From positions 64,769-128,768 of the forward strand of contig VBFY01000061.1 of the NCBI GenBank assembly GCA_005889405.1: a stretch of DNA of 64,000 bases, written 5' to 3'. The translations under genes were made by a program, and so were the position numbers. The notes beneath the pieces were generated by a model. That model saw only the letters and a list, made by a program, of their open reading frames with translations. It searched no databases and was not told the DNA's origin. Position 1 is the first letter of the stretch. The number at the start of each line of letters is the position of its first letter. Positions 19,905 through 29,536 of this stretch are shown here, piece by piece. Origin of the DNA: Chloroflexota bacterium (GTDB lineage Bacteria > Chloroflexota > Limnocylindria > P2-11E).

Positions 19905-20804
19905 CTATGCCGCCAGCGGGCGCTGCCTGAGGTGCAGCGCGTCGAACCAGGCGATGTGCTCGTTCGCCCAGCGTGGCGCCTCGAGCGGAAGCATGTGGCC
20001 GATCCCACGCGCGACGTGCACCTCGGCCGCCGGATTCGCGAGCCGGAAGAACTCCGCGTCGCGCACCGTGAAGACCCGGTCGTCGGTGCCCCAGAGCAGC
20101 AGCGTCGGGATGTCGCGCAGCGCGGCGACGTTGCCGCGGAGCGTGAAGCCGAGCTGCTCGCCACCCGGGAAGGGAAGTAGGAGGAGCCGGCGCCACCGCG
20201 GCGGCTGATTCGCCCAGACGATCGCGCGGATCGAGCGCACCGTCGCCGGCGACCGTCGGTCCCGGCGCAGCATGTGGCGGATGAAGTGGTCGTCGTCGCG
20301 CCGCGCCCTGCCGATGAGGAAGCGACGCAGGAAGGAGCCGGTGCCACGTTCGTAGGGACGCAGCAGCGCGCGCCCGATGAGCGGCACGCAGTACAGCTTG
20401 TAGGCCCAGAGCATCGAGCGGCCGAGACCCGCGGGCGCGACCAGCACCAGACCCGCGACCGCGGCCGGCTTTCGGAGCGCGATCTGGAGCGCGATGCCGC
20501 CCCCGAGCGAATGGCCCAGGAAGACGGCGCGCTCGATCCCGAGCTCGCCGATCACGTGAAGCACCATGTCCGCGAGCTGCGAGAAGCGTGCGTCAGCCTT
20601 ACGCAGCGCAGGTGTGAGGCCGAACCCCGGGAGCTCGATGACATGCGTTGCGTAGCCGAGCGCGCGGAGAGCGCGCGTCTGCGGAGCGAGCGCTACCGCG
20701 GTCGCGCCCATCCCGGGCAAAAGGACCGCGTGCGGGCCCGTCGCCGGACCGCAGGACTTGATGCGGAAGCGGTAGCCCGCGTGCTGGACGATCGACTCGC
20801 GCAC
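19905..20804 (-). CDS. Alpha/beta hydrolase
   Basis: LPGFG, GHSLGG nucleophile elbow, WGTDD, GHMLPLE. Confidence 0.9.
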   Translation of the reverse strand: MRESIVQHAGYRFRIKSCGPATGPHAVLLPGMGATAVALAPQTRALRALGYATHVIELPGFGLTPALRKADARFSQLADMVLHVIGELGIERAVFLGHSLGGGIALQIALRKPAAVAGLVLVAPAGLGRSMLWAYKLYCVPLIGRALLRPYERGTGSFLRRFLIGRARRDDDHFIRHMLRRDRRSPATVRSIRAIVWANQPPRWRRLLLLPFPGGEQLGFTLRGNVAALRDIPTLLLWGTDDRVFTVRDAEFFRLANPAAEVHVARGIGHMLPLEAPRWANEHIAWFDALHLRQRPLAA

Positions 20805-20939
20805 CTCATCACTATGTACCCGCGGCGACGCAACAAGGAGTCCGGCGGGTTAGCCCTTCGGTCATCACCCCAGTGGGGGATTCGGTACAGTCCGATGAGT
20901 TAGCCAGCGCCCCTAACAACCGCGAGAGAAGGGATCCTC

Positions 20940-22019
20940 ATGAGCGTTTATCGAGCGGAATACATCTGGATCGACGGCACCACGCCGACGCAGAAGCTGC
21001 GTTCGAAGACGAAGATCGTGCCGACCGGCGAGAAGCCGCCGATCTGGGGCTTCGACGGATCGAGCACGCAGCAGGCGACGGGTGACCGCTCCGACTGCGT
21101 CCTTCAACCGGTGTTCACCTGCCCGGATCCGATCCGCGGTGGTGATGACCTCCTCGTCTTGTGCGAGGTCATGCTCGTGACCGGACAGCCGCATGTTTCG
21201 AACATGCGACGTGCGGACGCCGATATGGCTCTGCGCTTCGCGTCCTTTGACACGTGGTTCGGCATCGAGCAGGAATACACGCTCTTCCGCGGCTCGCGGC
21301 CACTCGGGTTCCCCGACAGCGGCTTCCCGGCACCGCAGGGCGGGTACTACTGCGGCGTCGGCGCGGATGAGGTCTTCGGCCGTGAGGTCGTCGAGGCGCA
21401 CCTCGATGCCTGTCTGAAAGCCGGACTCAAGATCTCGGGCATCAACGCCGAGGTCATGCCTGGTCAGTGGGAATTCCAGGTCGGGCCGCTGGGCGCCCCT
21501 GAGGTCGCCGATCAGCTGTGGCTCGCGCGTTGGCTGCTGTATCGCGTGGGAGAACCGTTCGGGATCAGCGCGACGCTGTATCCGAAGCCGGTCCGCGGAG
21601 ACTGGAACGGCGCGGGCGCGCACACGAACTTCTCGACGAACGAGATGCGGCGTGACTACGACGCGTGCATCGCGGCGGCCGAGGCGCTCGGCACGCGGCA
21701 CGACCTCCATATCGCGAACTACGGCTTCGGTATCGAGGAGCGCCTCACCGGGCTTCACGAGACGTGTTCGTACAAGGAGTTCCGCTATGGCGTGAGCGAC
21801 CGCGGCGCGTCGGTGCGCATCCCGTGGCAGGTCGCGAAGGATCGGCAGGGCTACATCGAGGACCGTCGGCCCAACGCGAACGCCGATCCGTACGTCACGA
21901 CCCGTCTCATCCTCGAGACCGTGTGCGGCGCGGCGAGGTCGGATCGGACGTCGGGCGCCAAGCGGCCTGTGCCGCGCGCGGCGAAGCGAACGGCGCGACG
22001 AGACAAGGTGGCGAGCTAA
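20940..22019 (+). CDS. glnII: Glutamine synthetase type II
   Basis: AEYIWIDG, WGFDGSST.QA, GIEQEY, NAEVMPGQWEFQ, GDWNGAGAHTNFST, EDRRP; 359 aa. Confidence 0.95.
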   Translation: MSVYRAEYIWIDGTTPTQKLRSKTKIVPTGEKPPIWGFDGSSTQQATGDRSDCVLQPVFTCPDPIRGGDDLLVLCEVMLVTGQPHVSNMRRADADMALRFASFDTWFGIEQEYTLFRGSRPLGFPDSGFPAPQGGYYCGVGADEVFGREVVEAHLDACLKAGLKISGINAEVMPGQWEFQVGPLGAPEVADQLWLARWLLYRVGEPFGISATLYPKPVRGDWNGAGAHTNFSTNEMRRDYDACIAAAEALGTRHDLHIANYGFGIEERLTGLHETCSYKEFRYGVSDRGASVRIPWQVAKDRQGYIEDRRPNANADPYVTTRLILETVCGAARSDRTSGAKRPVPRAAKRTARRDKVAS

Positions 22020-22032
22020 GCCGAGGCGACGC

Positions 22033-22758
22033 TCACTGACGCTGCGCGCCATATGGCAGGCCGCACTCGCTGCAGAAGGCGAGGCCATCTTTCCGCCGGG
22101 GCGCGCCGCAGTTCGCGCAGGCCGTTGCCGCGGCGGGAGGCGATGGCGGCACAGGCACAGAGGCGGGCGACGTGCGTCCGCGCTGCGCGCGTCCGACGTC
22201 GATCATCCACACCGTCCAGCCGAGCGGGACGAGCACCTTCCGGATGTCGAAGCCGCTGAGCTCGATGAGCACGGATCCGACGATGAGGACCGCGACGAAG
22301 GCCGCGACCACGACAAGCGACCAGCGATGCAGGCCAGCGCGTACGACTTCCACGCTCGCCACGACGATCCAGAGCGCGCTCGCGCTGGGCGCCGCGCTGA
22401 CGAAGGCGTCGACGACAGAGGGTGCGTTCGCCATGAGCGCGGGTGCCGCGAACAACGCACCGGCTGCGGACCACGTGCCCGCTGCGAGGAGCGCGGCCGC
22501 GACCGCCCACCAGCTCGATAGGCCGCTCTGCCGCATCGCGACCGTCAGCACGACCGGGAGGAGGCCGTACGCGACGACCGTCGCGACGACAGCAATGATC
22601 GTCGCGATGCCGGTCGGCTCGGTGATTCCGCCGGCCACGGCCGCAACGAGCGCGGCGACAGCAGCGGCGAACGCCGCGATCGAGCCGATCCGTAGCCAGC
22701 TGCGCTTCGCCGCCGAGGGACCGCTCGCGGCGTCGGCAGCCGCCTCGGCTTCGGTCAT
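22033..22758 (-). CDS. Membrane protein with C-terminal zinc ribbon
   Basis: About 6 TM segments; CANC...CSEC. Confidence 0.72.
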   Translation of the reverse strand: MTEAEAAADAASGPSAAKRSWLRIGSIAAFAAAVAALVAAVAGGITEPTGIATIIAVVATVVAYGLLPVVLTVAMRQSGLSSWWAVAAALLAAGTWSAAGALFAAPALMANAPSVVDAFVSAAPSASALWIVVASVEVVRAGLHRWSLVVVAAFVAVLIVGSVLIELSGFDIRKVLVPLGWTVWMIDVGRAQRGRTSPASVPVPPSPPAAATACANCGAPRRKDGLAFCSECGLPYGAQRQ

Positions 22759-22806
22759 GCGTCAACGCTAGCGGCGGAGGCTCGCGCATGCGTTACGTTG
22801 CTCGCG

Positions 22807-23583
22807 ATGGACGCCGAGATGCCGGACTACCTGAGCGTCAACCGCGATGCCTGGACGAAGTCCAACGCGCGCTACACCGACGGGCGCGCCGAAGAGGCGT
22901 GGGCTCAGGCCGAGATCGCCTGGGGCGTCTGGCAAACGCCCGAGTCCGCCGTGAAGGTCCTGCCCGGCCTGCGGGGCAGGGATGTCGTCGAGCGTGGGTG
23001 TGGCACGGCGTACGTCGGCGCCTGGCTGAAGCGCCGTGGCGCGCGGCGGGTCGTCGGCGTCGACATCACGCCGGCGCAGCTCGCGACCGCCCAGCGGTTG
23101 AATCGCAAGTGCGGGATGGGACTCGAGCTCATCGAGGCGAACGCGGAGGTCGTGCCCCTGCGCGACGAGGTTTTCGATCTCGTCATCTCGGAATATGGCG
23201 CATCTATCTGGTGCGATCCGGACAAGTGGATCCCGGAGGCAGCACGGTTACTCCGACGCGGCGGAGAGCTTGCGTTCCTGCGCAATTCGACCCTCTCGAT
23301 GCTCTGTATGCCCGATGCCGGCAAGGTCCAGGAGACGCTACAGCGCCCGCAGCGGGGCATGAATCGGCTCGAGTGGACCGAGGATGATCCGGGAATCGAA
23401 TTCCACCCCAGCGCGGGCGACCTCATCCGGCTCCTGCGCGCAAACGGATTCGACATCGTGGATCTGGTGGAGCTCTACGCGCCGGAGGGCGCGAGAGATC
23501 ACGGCGAGTATTCGTACGTGACCGCCGCATGGGCGCGGCGCTGGCCGTCAGAGGAGATCTGGCGAGCGCGTAAGCGCGACTGA
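22807..23583 (+). CDS. Class I SAM-dependent methyltransferase
   Basis: E.GCGT motif I, VGVDIT..QL, FDLVISEYGASIW. Confidence 0.88.
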   Translation: MDAEMPDYLSVNRDAWTKSNARYTDGRAEEAWAQAEIAWGVWQTPESAVKVLPGLRGRDVVERGCGTAYVGAWLKRRGARRVVGVDITPAQLATAQRLNRKCGMGLELIEANAEVVPLRDEVFDLVISEYGASIWCDPDKWIPEAARLLRRGGELAFLRNSTLSMLCMPDAGKVQETLQRPQRGMNRLEWTEDDPGIEFHPSAGDLIRLLRANGFDIVDLVELYAPEGARDHGEYSYVTAAWARRWPSEEIWRARKRD

Positions 23584-24447
23584 CGACTTCGACGGTGCGG
23601 TACGTCGCGTCGCCAGCACGGAACCGAGCACGATGAGCACGAAGCCGAGAACGATCCCGATCGTGAGCGGCTCTCCGAGGAATGCAACGCCGAGCGCGAG
23701 CGCGACCGCGGGGTTCACGTACGTGATGACGGTCGCGCGCGCGGCACCGACCTCCGCGACGAGCGGAAAGAACACCAGGAACGCGAGGGCGGTGCAGATC
23801 ACGCCGAGGACCGTGACCGCGACGACGACCTGCGGAGAAGGAAGCGCGCGCGGGAGCTGCGCGAAACCCAGGGGCGCGTAGACGATCATCGTCAGCGCGA
23901 GCGACGACGCGACCACTCCGAACAACGGAAGACCCGACAGCTTGCGCCCGATGATCAGCGCTCCGAGCGCGTAGCCCAGCGCGACGAGCGCGACCTCACC
24001 GACCGCGCCGAGGTCGCCGGCGCCCACGTCCAACCCGACGAGCGCGGCGACGCCGAGGAAGCCGAGTCCGAGGCCGGCGACGCGGCGCAGATCGACACGG
24101 TCGTCGGCGCCGGTAGCCCAGGCGAGGATCGCGCCGATCGACGGGACCAGCGCGATGAGGAGTCCGGAAAGCGAGCTCGAGATCCGTCGCTCGGCATCGG
24201 ACAGGAAGAACCACGGCGCGGCGACCTCGACGAACGTATACGCGACGATCCACTTCCAGTGGGCAAGCAGTGGCCCCAGATCTTTTCGGGCGAAGGCGAT
24301 GGGCAGGAGCAGTCCCGCGCCGATCGCGGTGCGAAGGAAGACGAGACTCGCCGGCGAGAGCTCGCTCACCGCGATCTTGATGAAGAGGTACGGAATTCCC
24401 CAGATCACGCCCATCGCCGCGAACAAAACCCAGCCCCGTCGTGTCAC
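23548..24447 (-). CDS. DMT/EamA family transporter
   Basis: About 10 TM segments; IWG.PY.FIK, TYVNPAVA..LG...LGE. Confidence 0.92.
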   Translation of the reverse strand: MTRRGWVLFAAMGVIWGIPYLFIKIAVSELSPASLVFLRTAIGAGLLLPIAFARKDLGPLLAHWKWIVAYTFVEVAAPWFFLSDAERRISSSLSGLLIALVPSIGAILAWATGADDRVDLRRVAGLGLGFLGVAALVGLDVGAGDLGAVGEVALVALGYALGALIIGRKLSGLPLFGVVASSLALTMIVYAPLGFAQLPRALPSPQVVVAVTVLGVICTALAFLVFFPLVAEVGAARATVITYVNPAVALALGVAFLGEPLTIGIVLGFVLIVLGSVLATRRTAPSKSSVALTRSPDLL

Positions 24448-24496
24448 CGTGTCACGTTAACCCGGCGATGTCAGTGTTGCCCTCGCTACAAAGCCC

Positions 24497-26359
24497 TCAT
24501 CGCAACGTGCACGTCTGCGGCTCGGCGAGCAGCGATCCGACGTTCGCGCTGATCTGGTAATCGCCGGGAAGCACACCAGACGGCGGCGTGAATGAGGCGG
24601 TGAAGCTGCCGTCGGCTCCGACCGTCCCGGACAACGGCGTCGCGAGCAGCGAAGATCGGATCGCGTAGCGCGCGAACGGCGGCCAGCCGTTTCCGACGAC
24701 CGAGACCGATCCGTTGACCGCTGCGCAGGTCACGGCGAGCGTCGGTGCATAGACCGCGACCTGTCCGCTCGCGGACTGTCGTCCGTCGCTCGCGGTGATG
24801 CGATACGTCGCGCCGACCGTCGCTTCGATCGGCACCGTGATCGCGACCGTGAAGTCGCCTGAGGCGTCCGCGTTCGCCTGCACAAGTGGTCGCCCGTCCT
24901 CCCAGCTGATCGTGACCAGCGCCGTGGACCATCCGTGTCCGCTTACGTTCATCGCGCTTCCCGGGGAGCCGTTGCCTCCGATCACCGACGGTCCTGCCGG
25001 CGTCGGCGACGGCGTGGGCGTCGGCGACGGCGTGGGCGGCGGAGTCGGCGTCGGTTCCGCCGTTGGCGCGGGCGTCGATGGCCGGGGCGGCGTCGGCGTC
25101 CGCACGGGCGGCGCGGTCGGCGCCACTGTCGGCGCCTGCGTCGGCTCCGGCGCGGCCACCGCTGTCGGCGTCGGCGATGGCGTGGGGCTCGGCGTCGCAC
25201 TCGGCGGCGGCGTTTGCCCCGACGGTGGCGGCGTCACCTCGATCCCCGCGGCGAAGCCGAAGCGGGGCAGCGGCGCGAACAGCGATGCGTTGGGAGCGCC
25301 GTTCGCCGTCACGCGGGGGAAAGACGGCGGCACTACGACGCGCATGGGCGGGCGATCGACCAGCGTCAATTTGGCGAGGCCTTTCGCGGTCAAAGCACCG
25401 GTCGACCCGCGTTCGACCGCGAGGCTCGAGCCGAACTTCGTGCCAGATGGGCCGCCTCCGCTCACCGAGTAGTTGAAGGACAGGTTGCCCGTGCCATCGA
25501 TGGCCGATGCCGTCGCAACGAAGTCACCGCCCGGCGCGATCGATTCGATGACCATCGAGTACGTGCCGGTGGTCGCGTTCGGCAGATCGATGAGCTCCGG
25601 GTCGATACCAGGTTCGGTCGCGAGACAGCCCGGGATCTGGCGGACCAGCGTGGGTCCCGCGGGCACGACGCCGCAGCTGCGGCCGAGCGGATCGACGACG
25701 ACGAGAAAGGCCGGGGAGTGCAGCCCGAAACGCAGCGTGTTCAGCGCGCTGGGGACGGCCGCGGGTGGGGAAGGGGGCGCTCCGGGCTGGACCGTCGTCA
25801 GCGAGCCGGCCGGCACGACCACGGTCTGCGTCTGGGCGATCACCTCGACGCTGCCGTCGACGGTGGTCACCGTCGTCGCCCCGCTGATCAGGACGTCCGT
25901 GATGAAGCCCGTGCCGCGCACCACGGCCGTCGCCGCGGGTGTCCGCAGCTCGAATTTCGAGTCGGTCTGCAGCAGCCGCTGGACGCTTGACCAGGTGCGG
26001 CCGATGGACTGCTGGAGCTGGATCGCGACCGTTCCATTTTGCGTCGAGGTCGTCTGTGCGACCGTGACGATCGCCCCGGCCTCGAGCTCGATGGTCGACG
26101 CATCAAGGAACGTGATCACGGCATGGCTTTGCTCGGCGGTGCGCACGCGATCGCCGGCGTTCAGGGCCTGGCCGTCGGCGACGCGCACAAAGGCGGCGGC
26201 GCCGTGCGCGACGTCGACCGTTCCATCGATGATGCTCAGGACCACGGCCGCCGCTGACGCGCGCTGCTGCGTGAAGATGAGCGTCGCGGGTATGAGAACG
26301 CCGAGAGCGATGAGCGCGACGATCAGGATTCGGATGCGCAGGCTTTAGGAGAACCTCAT
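24497..26359 (-). pseudogene. FecR-domain surface protein with Pro/Thr linker; TAA at codon 5
   Basis: ATG 26359 overlaps the upstream stop and reads M-R-F-S-TAA, then an in-frame TM anchor and FecR motifs (GD.VRT, TP.ATA.VRGT.F). Confidence 0.7.
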
Positions 26360-26862
26360 CTGTTGCGCGGGCGCGCGCGTCGTTCCATGCTGCCGAAGGT
26401 CGCCGGCGCGCCCAGCATCCTGGAGAGCCCATCGAAGACGGCGCCCTTGTCGATGGCGAGCGTCGGGGTGGAGATATCGCCCTTCACATGCGCACCTTTG
26501 CGCAGCTCGACGGAGCCGCCCGCCGTGATGTTCCCGGTGACCTCACCACTTACGACAGCCGATCCGCAGTTGACATCTGCCGCGATCTTGGCGTGATCGC
26601 CGATGATGAGGAGGTCGTTCGTGCTGATGCTTCCGGTGAAGGTGCCATCGATCTGGACCGCGCCCTCGAAGTGGAGCTTGCCGTTGACCTGCGAGTCTGC
26701 GCCGAAGAGCGCATTCAGCATCTCGCCCATGAATGCACCCTCGACCTCTACCGTGCCCTCGAACTGCAGCTTGCGGCTGGCGTCCGTACTCGGGGTGAGT
26801 TCGTCGGAAGTGCTGGCCATCGGGTTCGGCTTCTCGTCGGTCCGTACCTGGGTGTTGAACAT
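26356..26862 (-). CDS. Bactofilin (polymer-forming cytoskeletal protein)
   Basis: G.L.FEG.VQIDG.F.G.I, V.G...G.I.A...VEL...A.V.GDI....L.I..GA.FDG. Confidence 0.9.
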   Translation of the reverse strand: MFNTQVRTDEKPNPMASTSDELTPSTDASRKLQFEGTVEVEGAFMGEMLNALFGADSQVNGKLHFEGAVQIDGTFTGSISTNDLLIIGDHAKIAADVNCGSAVVSGEVTGNITAGGSVELRKGAHVKGDISTPTLAIDKGAVFDGLSRMLGAPATFGSMERRARPRNR

Positions 26863-26972
26863 CTGATCGACCCCCTTCTCGCGGGTGGGCGCTCCGGGTG
26901 GGCGCTCTATGAGAACGCGGAGGGACGACGGCTGCTATGGGTCCTGCCTGCCAGCCTGTCGCCGAAACGCGA

Positions 26973-27653
26973 CTAGGGCAATCGGATCGTGGCGGTCGGG
27001 AGCGGCGGCAACGTGGGCAGTGGGGGCAGTGTCGGAAGGAATGAGGTCGGCGTGGGTGTCGGCATCGGCGAAGGAGACTGGGGACTTTGTGATGCGGTCT
27101 GTGCCGGCGTTGGCGGAGCTGTCACGGCGGGGGAGGGCGTCGTGGGTGCGCTTGTCGCTGGCGACGCCGACGCTGTCGTCGCGGGTGCTGCTGACTCAGG
27201 CGCTGCCGTCGCCGCCGGCGTTGCACTCGGCACGACCGAACTGGCAGCTGTCGTACCGGCAGGTGGGCTCGACGTGATCGGTGCGACGGGTCCGGCGGTC
27301 TGCGATGTCGCGGTCGATGACGGTCTCACCGATGGTGTTTGGCTACCTGCTGGCGCCGATGTGCCGCGAACCTCAGAACCCACGAGCAGGTTGAGGGCGA
27401 GGACGATCGCCGCCACCCCCGCGAACGTGACAAGCACCTGACCAAAACGGAGTGAGTGCACGCGAGCGACGCTCGGCGCACGTGGTGGCGGGAGCGTGCG
27501 AGCCGCAAACGTAAGGACCAGCAGGACGACGCCTGTGGCCGCGGCGACGGCCACCGGACGGAGGTCGTCTCGCGACAGGAATACGAGACTGCCGACGATC
27601 GTGCCGAGTGTCGCGGCCAGGATGAGGACCTGCAGCTGCCTGAGCGCGGTCAT
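26973..27653 (-). CDS. Membrane-anchored Pro/Ser/Thr-rich protein
   Basis: 3 hydrophobic segments then a low-complexity PST tail ending in LPTLPP repeats. Confidence 0.6.
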   Translation of the reverse strand: MTALRQLQVLILAATLGTIVGSLVFLSRDDLRPVAVAAATGVVLLVLTFAARTLPPPRAPSVARVHSLRFGQVLVTFAGVAAIVLALNLLVGSEVRGTSAPAGSQTPSVRPSSTATSQTAGPVAPITSSPPAGTTAASSVVPSATPAATAAPESAAPATTASASPATSAPTTPSPAVTAPPTPAQTASQSPQSPSPMPTPTPTSFLPTLPPLPTLPPLPTATIRLP

Positions 27654-27708
27654 GTCGGTCGGCTCGACGCACGCGCCATCCGTCTCTCCCGACCCAACCC
27701 GCTCGCCC

Positions 27709-27736
27709 CTTCGGCACATTCGATGTTATTTCAACG
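27709..27736. other. dif-like 11-6-11 site (tentative)
   Basis: CTTCGGCACAT-TCGATG-TTATTTCAACG; right arm resembles XerD arm TTATGT(T/C)AA; about 190 bp upstream of a Xer-like gene. Confidence 0.3.
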
Positions 27737-27888
27737 GCATGAGAGACGCGGCTTGACGAGTTAGCTGCGCGCCGGCGGCTTTCCGATCAAACCAGCGCTG
27801 CGGGGCTCACTGCTCCCTGGTGACTGCGGGGGAGTCGCTACGCGCACTCGATGCGCACTCCCGTCCTGCGCCCATGCCTAAACCAACC

Positions 27889-27917
27889 TTGCATCCTTCG
27901 CACATTTTACGTATGGT
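27889..27917 (+). promoter_or_regulatory. Sigma70-type promoter of the recombinase operon
   Basis: TTGCAT-N17-TATGGT, 7 nt before GTG 27925; flanked by imperfect IR CCTAAACCA/TGGTTAGG. Confidence 0.65.
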
Positions 27918-27924
27918 TAGGTGA

Positions 27925-28899
27925 GTGGTCACGTTGCGGCAGCTGACCGAGGACTACTTCCGCAAGTTGTCCTTGGCCGGCCGCTCCGACAGGACGATCG
28001 GCCACTACCACGACTATCTGAACGACTTCATCGCGTTCGCCGCGCGGCACGGCGTCACGGAGACGACCGCGGCGACCAAGATCACACGCGAGCTGATCAC
28101 GTCGTACCAGCTGGACTTGGCGGAGCGCCCCAGTTCTCGAGACCCAAAGGAAAAGTTGGCCCTAGCCACTCGGAACCTATTCGCGGTCGGCCTACGCGGC
28201 CTCCTGAGGCACGGCGTGACCGAACTGAAGCTTCCAATACCCGCCCCCGACACCGTGATCATCGCCAAGGTCGGCGAAAAGACGATGCGCCGTATGGAAG
28301 TGTCCGACTTCGAAGCCCTCCTCGAAGCCCTTGCCAAGACCGGCAAGGCAGCGCTCCGGGATCGTGCGTTACTTGAGGTGCTCTTTGCGACAGGGTGCCG
28401 GCTCAGCGAGTTGTGCACACTCACGCGCCGCCGCGTGAACCTCAAAACCCGCGAGGTCGAGGTCCTGGGGAAAGGCAAGAAGGTGCGCGGAACCTATCTG
28501 ACCGAAGGGGCAGCTCGCCACCTCGAGCGGTACCTCGCTGCGCGGAAGGACAGCTCGCCGTACGTATTCATCTCGGGCCAGAGCGTGCGCCGTGTAGTCG
28601 ACCGGAAGACCGGCCTCAAGCGAGCCCAGAAGGCCACTTATCCGCTCACGCCGCGCAGCGTACAAGCGCTGGTCGAACGTCTGGCGATGAAGGCAGGCCT
28701 ACCCGACGACTTTTCGCCTCACTGGTTCAGGCATGGTCGTCTCACGATCGTCGCCCGACATGCGGGCCTTCTCGCAGCGCAGGAACTGGCTGGCCATGCG
28801 AGTCCGAACACGACACGGCGATACACGCGCATCACTTCAGCAGAACTGAAGCGCCACTTCGACGACGCAGAGCGGAAGGAGCGGGCACTGAGTGAATGA
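27925..28899 (+). CDS. XerC/XerD-like tyrosine recombinase
   Basis: N-terminal core-binding domain; RDRALLEVLFATGCRLSEL (R), GKGKK (K), HWFRH, LAGH, TTRRY (Tyr). Confidence 0.93.
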   Translation: MVTLRQLTEDYFRKLSLAGRSDRTIGHYHDYLNDFIAFAARHGVTETTAATKITRELITSYQLDLAERPSSRDPKEKLALATRNLFAVGLRGLLRHGVTELKLPIPAPDTVIIAKVGEKTMRRMEVSDFEALLEALAKTGKAALRDRALLEVLFATGCRLSELCTLTRRRVNLKTREVEVLGKGKKVRGTYLTEGAARHLERYLAARKDSSPYVFISGQSVRRVVDRKTGLKRAQKATYPLTPRSVQALVERLAMKAGLPDDFSPHWFRHGRLTIVARHAGLLAAQELAGHASPNTTRRYTRITSAELKRHFDDAERKERALSE

Positions 28900-29536
28900 C
28901 TACGAGCAAGACCTCTTCAACGGCCCACTGCCTCTCGCCTGTGGGGATCCACCGCCACGAGATCTGGCGTGGCTCGCGGGGTTCACTGACGGAGAAGGGA
29001 CGATCAGCCTATCTGTGAATAGACATCGCAATGGCCTGAGAACAATCACGCCTCGGTTCTCGCTCTCGAACACCAATCTCTCGAACCTCGGACGGGCGCG
29101 CCTACTTCTTGCTCGGCTGACCGGGCACGACGTGAAGGTCAAGACCAAGAAGAGTGATGGCCAGAGTCGTCCTGCGTACGCGATCGAACTTGCTTCCCAC
29201 TTCGATGTCGACACTACTGTCCGCGCCTTGTACCCCTACCTGGTCGGAAAGTGGCCCCAGGCGCACGCGATTCTCGAATATCTGACAATCGCTCCCGGTC
29301 ATCCGGCGCATCCCGAAGGATTCGCCCGCGTCCGAGGTAAACAGCCGCGTCCCGGCGCGCGGTATGACTCAAGGCACTGGGATCTCGTTACGCGTGTTCG
29401 AGAAATGAATCGACGTTATGCGCCGGGCGAGTGGCAGGCTGCGGCGCAAGCGGCTCTGAGCGCGAAGCCAGCAGAGCCTCCTGGCCATACGCCTATGGAT
29501 CCCCTGAAGCGCTGGTACAAGCTTTACGTGGGGTAA
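28892..29536 (+). CDS. Single-motif LAGLIDADG homing endonuclease-like protein
   Basis: LAWLAGFTDGEGTISL; FSLSNTN; PYLVGK..QA like I-CreI PFLKLKQKQA; overlaps recombinase stop by 8 nt. Confidence 0.88.
   Translation: MNDYEQDLFNGPLPLACGDPPPRDLAWLAGFTDGEGTISLSVNRHRNGLRTITPRFSLSNTNLSNLGRARLLLARLTGHDVKVKTKKSDGQSRPAYAIELASHFDVDTTVRALYPYLVGKWPQAHAILEYLTIAPGHPAHPEGFARVRGKQPRPGARYDSRHWDLVTRVREMNRRYAPGEWQAAAQAALSAKPAEPPGHTPMDPLKRWYKLYVG

Noticed and set aside
20810..20939. glnA riboswitch or GlnR box upstream of glnII
   Set aside because: No match to consensus sequences I can recognise; only a possible TACAGT -10.
20940..22019. GSII as a eukaryote-derived novelty
   Set aside because: Type II glutamine synthetases are well known in several bacterial groups.
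22984..23010. Methyltransferase motif I reading VVERGCG instead of VVELGCG (also LLM GVYRRP versus GVYPRP)
   Set aside because: Single-base differences; cannot separate natural variation from sequencing error without reads.
24990..25230. Tandem GC-rich repeats resembling a CRISPR or VNTR
   Set aside because: They encode the Pro/Thr linker of the FecR protein; there are no unique spacers or cas genes.
27925..28899. Integron integrase
   Set aside because: There is an insertion after YVF, but the IntI-specific helix (LP..L.RKYP) before it is absent, and I found no RYYYAAC..GTTRRRY attC array.
28892..29536. Intein or group I intron host for the LAGLIDADG
   Set aside because: No Cys/Ser start with His-Asn end, no interrupted host gene and no recognisable intron core elements by eye; an Infernal search would settle it.
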